From an uncultured bacterium (GTDB lineage Bacteria > Chlamydiota > Chlamydiia > Chlamydiales > SM23-39): 64,000 nt of DNA. The stretch is from the NCBI GenBank assembly GCA_963716985.1, contig OY970323.1:1393942-1457941 (forward strand), read 5' to 3'. This document shows, one piece after another, positions 62,501 to 64,000 of the stretch. How positions within the stretch are numbered: position 1 is the first letter of the stretch; each line of letters begins with the position of its first letter. A program made the position numbers and the translations under genes. Under the pieces are notes generated by a model, which did not search any database, was not told the DNA's origin, and saw only the letters and a list, made by a program, of their open reading frames with translations.

Positions 62501-62801
62501 GAATGCCTGATTTCAAGCCTAGCTTCTTATAGATAGGCTTAATCCTTCGATTCATATCCAAAGCTAAAGCGCGGGTGGGAACGATGTAGATGATGGTAAA
62601 ATGATCAGGATAGATCATCAGCTTTTCAGTTGCCGGAGCAAGGACAGCCTCTGTTTTCCCGGCTCCCGTGCCTGCCTGCAGTATGACATCCTCTCCATTA
62701 AGAATAGGTTGAATCAACTGTTTTTGCGCAGCTGTGAGAGTGGAAAAACCGGAAAAAAAAGCGCGATACGTGTTAGGAAGCAGTTCTAATGGAGAAGTCA
62801 C
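59418..62801 (-). CDS. N-terminal part of an IS-split giant gene: Lhr-like DEAD/DEAH SF2 helicase fused to a Cas4/AddB-type Fe-S PD-(D/E)XK nuclease (native sequence 59520..62801; last 33 codons are IS-derived)
   Basis: AGTGAGKT (motif I), DEVH (II), SAT (III), QRIGRGNRR (VI). The nuclease module has LCPRW...TPDLIY...LEVWDIKFS...QKWRIAFYAYLL...CTSCCYFSYC (CX2CX5C). The GTG start overlaps the upstream stop (GTGA). Confidence 0.85.
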   Translation of the reverse strand: MTSPLELLPNTYRAFFSGFSTLTAAQKQLIQPILNGEDVILQAGTGAGKTEAVLAPATEKLMIYPDHFTIIYIVPTRALALDMNRRIKPIYKKLGLKSGIRTGDGKHLLDAKPHLLIMTPESLDVMLGSPNQDNKYFLKHVHMMIIDEVHVFLHDDRGRQLSYLHHRLAMQSIGPLQTVALSATIDNAEDIMRFFNLSKTSFYYKQSVARTLQPCWVHIEDEERELTLLFDDLYRRSGCKKLLVFANSRKKCEQLYNILNQEGVFSQKVFLHYSNFSTQERKFIEASFRDGKMGVCIATSTLELGIDIGDVDGVVLMGPPPSTMGFLQRIGRGNRRQQYMNFWGICYGQSAGMQLVRFLAFFELAKEHRVEKCRSSENYSVLFQQILSCLYAKKALSNDSLNLLFKEKSQDLSCIFHHMLANNWLKPAKQPGICGGGWRYFSSLKRKQIWSNFPPTDEEYDVILEYEKIAVLPLSVVRQLKVGDLIRLTGKVLRVLRIEEKRAALEVLVKESNEPASKELVWMGFGPSTPFEVAQKMGAILLDKFTPRGLLSRTGQLLEKEREKIARSLEEPNGIRVHRLGNGTYRYETFLGSVANYILYHLIEKQFASKIEGLSMNFDEMGLECNEWIPFAFLKIPHTVEQFQEWISSHLPLLKGGFSWNSWLYWLPEEHQRKEIGSRLHDPRVLKHFQRYVSESKWLPCPPLVDEEKKIATHRIDLKGEPWSLENEKNAWGILSFPEISSDGQILPLSLTATQVQGYVTQNLCPRWARLQQLDYQIEPHPRFSGIDQEIQSRRQQGIAFKKEVIEALQNQANVCFETAELTWQEAIRTVVLDKKPLFLAQAKLKVEGSISGTPDLIYIQHQGSHICLEVWDIKFSQSISYAQKWRIAFYAYLLDRLLNGETFLLPVRVSALGGLVYRPMDREKLFEKASFILAPYRAWMPRLLAQWKTDSGRSSAVQDYSMEFSCTSCCYFSYCYQETLFNNATTPNNRMIVSRNIESNDFPKNSKQWYFIHYDRESVRWQCWENGVSINDVCIRSRDFSNEETFQREMASQLRKEWIQSVNRGKNPHFLVYESIDWHLFQRTFQSTVLKSLGCTCFRTTTFHRELEIFTSNLLYFIKNSRICIE

Positions 62802-63952
62802 ACTGAAGTATCCAACAGAACATGTTGGGTTTCCCTATCGAGTTTATTCACTAATGCCTTTAACTTAAATCGAGTCTCTTGAGCTTCAAGTTTACCTAGC
62901 AAAGATTGCAAGCTCGCCTTTACTTGTAAAGGAAGGTCGATTTGATAAGCTTGAGAATAAAGTTGCATGAGGCGGTCGAGCAAAGATTCCCATCCATGAG
63001 AAGAAAAGTCTTGAAGGCGCAGAATATGTAAATCCCGCCAAGCCTCTGCATAATTCTTGGGAAAATTGTCATCGTACGTCTCATGATTAGCTTTATCAAA
63101 AAAATCGTCCGTAAACGCAAATACGGGAAATACAGAACTTTTGGTTTGAAAAAACTGATCTAAAAGATGATAACTTTTTACTCGATGGCCCAATCGTCCC
63201 TGTGCAATCGATTCCGCTTCATCAAAAAACAGCAGCAATCCCTTGTACCCCATTTCTTTTAGGACCCTTCCTAAGGATTGAACCATTTGAAAATAGGAGT
63301 CATTCCCACGGCAAATCAGAGATTGCTCCCGATAGCCTTCGACTTCCCGATATTTGCAGACATTCCTGAGATGCGCGACAGGTATGTCATATCCCATCAA
63401 CGCTTTGTCGAGCCAATACCCATACTCCTTTGGCCGATAAGCTTGATGCTTCTTCAATGAACTCTCCTTTGGAGTGAGCCGCTTGTTCTTACAAAGCATT
63501 GCAGTGAGTGTTATCCTAAAGCGATGAGGCATAGTGCTTAAAAGCTCCGGGCAATCCTTGTGAGCGCAATTTCTCCACGCATTCGTAAATTTTTGACCAT
63601 CCGGCAAAGAAAGTCTTTCCATGATTGACCGATAAACAATAGAAAATCGATGGAAAGGAACTTCTCTTAAATCTAATTGAACGACACTCGTAGCATAACC
63701 TTGAGAAAGGGCTAATTGATTCAAATAAGTTAACGTGTGTGATTTTCCCTGCCCATAAGATCCGCAAACACACAAGTGATCCGACTTTCCTTTTTCTAGT
63801 GCCTTTAGACCTTTAGAAAAAACATTTTCGATTCGATCCTTTTCCACGGTCAGGTAATTCACTGCTACCGGATCAAATAATCCGTCCCGTAGTCGTTCAA
63901 CAGCGCGCCTTAGAGAAAATCGATCCACGTTAAGCATCCCAAACCGGTTCAA
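62798..63952 (-). CDS. BrxD-like P-loop ATPase (DUF2791 / BREX ATP-binding domain type)
   Basis: RRAVERLRDGLFDPVAVNYLTVEKDRIE...HLCVCGSYGQGKSHTL (Walker A) and GLLLFFDEAES (Walker B). The layout matches the DUF2791 family. The start is TTG 63952 or ATG 63937. Confidence 0.7.
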   Translation of the reverse strand: MNRFGMLNVDRFSLRRAVERLRDGLFDPVAVNYLTVEKDRIENVFSKGLKALEKGKSDHLCVCGSYGQGKSHTLTYLNQLALSQGYATSVVQLDLREVPFHRFSIVYRSIMERLSLPDGQKFTNAWRNCAHKDCPELLSTMPHRFRITLTAMLCKNKRLTPKESSLKKHQAYRPKEYGYWLDKALMGYDIPVAHLRNVCKYREVEGYREQSLICRGNDSYFQMVQSLGRVLKEMGYKGLLLFFDEAESIAQGRLGHRVKSYHLLDQFFQTKSSVFPVFAFTDDFFDKANHETYDDNFPKNYAEAWRDLHILRLQDFSSHGWESLLDRLMQLYSQAYQIDLPLQVKASLQSLLGKLEAQETRFKLKALVNKLDRETQHVLLDTSV

Positions 63953-64000
63953 GTTGACGTGTTTTTTCTATTTCCGCTTCTTTATGGCTTTCCAACAGGT
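63930..64000 (-). CDS. 3' end of an upstream gene running off the window (unknown function)
   Basis: The frame ...LLESHKEAEIEKTRQLEPVWDA* is open to the window edge. Its TAA (63930-63932) overlaps the ATG at 63937 (ATGCTTAA), suggesting translational coupling. Only 23 codons are visible. Confidence 0.35.
   Translation of the reverse strand, partial: LLESHKEAEIEKTRQLEPVWDA

Noticed and set aside
55773-64000. Calling the locus a complete, known BREX (or other named) defence system
   Set aside because: Only a BrxD-like ATPase and an Lhr-like helicase module are visible. No PglX methyltransferase, PglZ phosphatase or BrxC lies in the window. The assignment stays a hypothesis pending the sequence beyond 64000.

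Overview
This 64-kb window looks like a chromosomal segment of an environmental Chlamydiae-type bacterium. That assignment is an inference, with no database search behind it. It rests on a MOMP-like porin at the left edge, a ~910-aa FtsH with a long N-terminal extension, an LptF/LptG pair, a 681-aa UDPGP-type nucleotidyltransferase, and the conserved blocks rnhB, rplS-trmD-rpsP-ffh, prmC-prfA-rpmE, rpsO-pnp, tilS-ftsH, rplM-rpsI, ligA-glgB. About 45 housekeeping genes are supportable. Three accessory or decayed patches interrupt the core. (i) 1.1-5.2 kb holds a defective IS3-family element that carries an intact nested Tn5/IS50-like IS4 element with a 9-bp target duplication. It also holds a truncated AlkD-like gene, a HigB/HigA-type toxin-antitoxin pair and tRNA-Asn. 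A rubredoxin ORF absent from the ORF track follows, next to a flavodiiron protein. (ii) 19.0-21.3 kb holds the relic of an F-type ATPase operon: the beta N-terminal half is joined to the gamma C-terminal part across a 102-bp MITE-like element, and two long perfect or near-perfect inverted repeats flank it. (iii) 53.4-64.0 kb is an island with an IS21 istB scrap, an AAA ATPase (Arch_ATPase/DUF234 type), a group II intron domain V/VI remnant, a G18-containing inverted-repeat element and the headline locus. In that locus a BrxD-like (DUF2791-type) P-loop ATPase is translationally coupled to a giant gene that an ISKra4-like insertion has split. Removing the IS and one copy of its 9-bp duplication restores a single ~1,780-codon ORF. 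It encodes an Lhr-like SF2 helicase, a Cas4/AddB-type Fe-S PD-(D/E)XK nuclease and a Upf1/Dna2-like SF1 helicase. A further coupled upstream ORF runs off the right edge, so the system is probably incomplete in this window. ffh carries a 1-nt frameshift. All calls come from reading the sequence and ORF translations by eye. No HMM, BLAST or folding computation was run.
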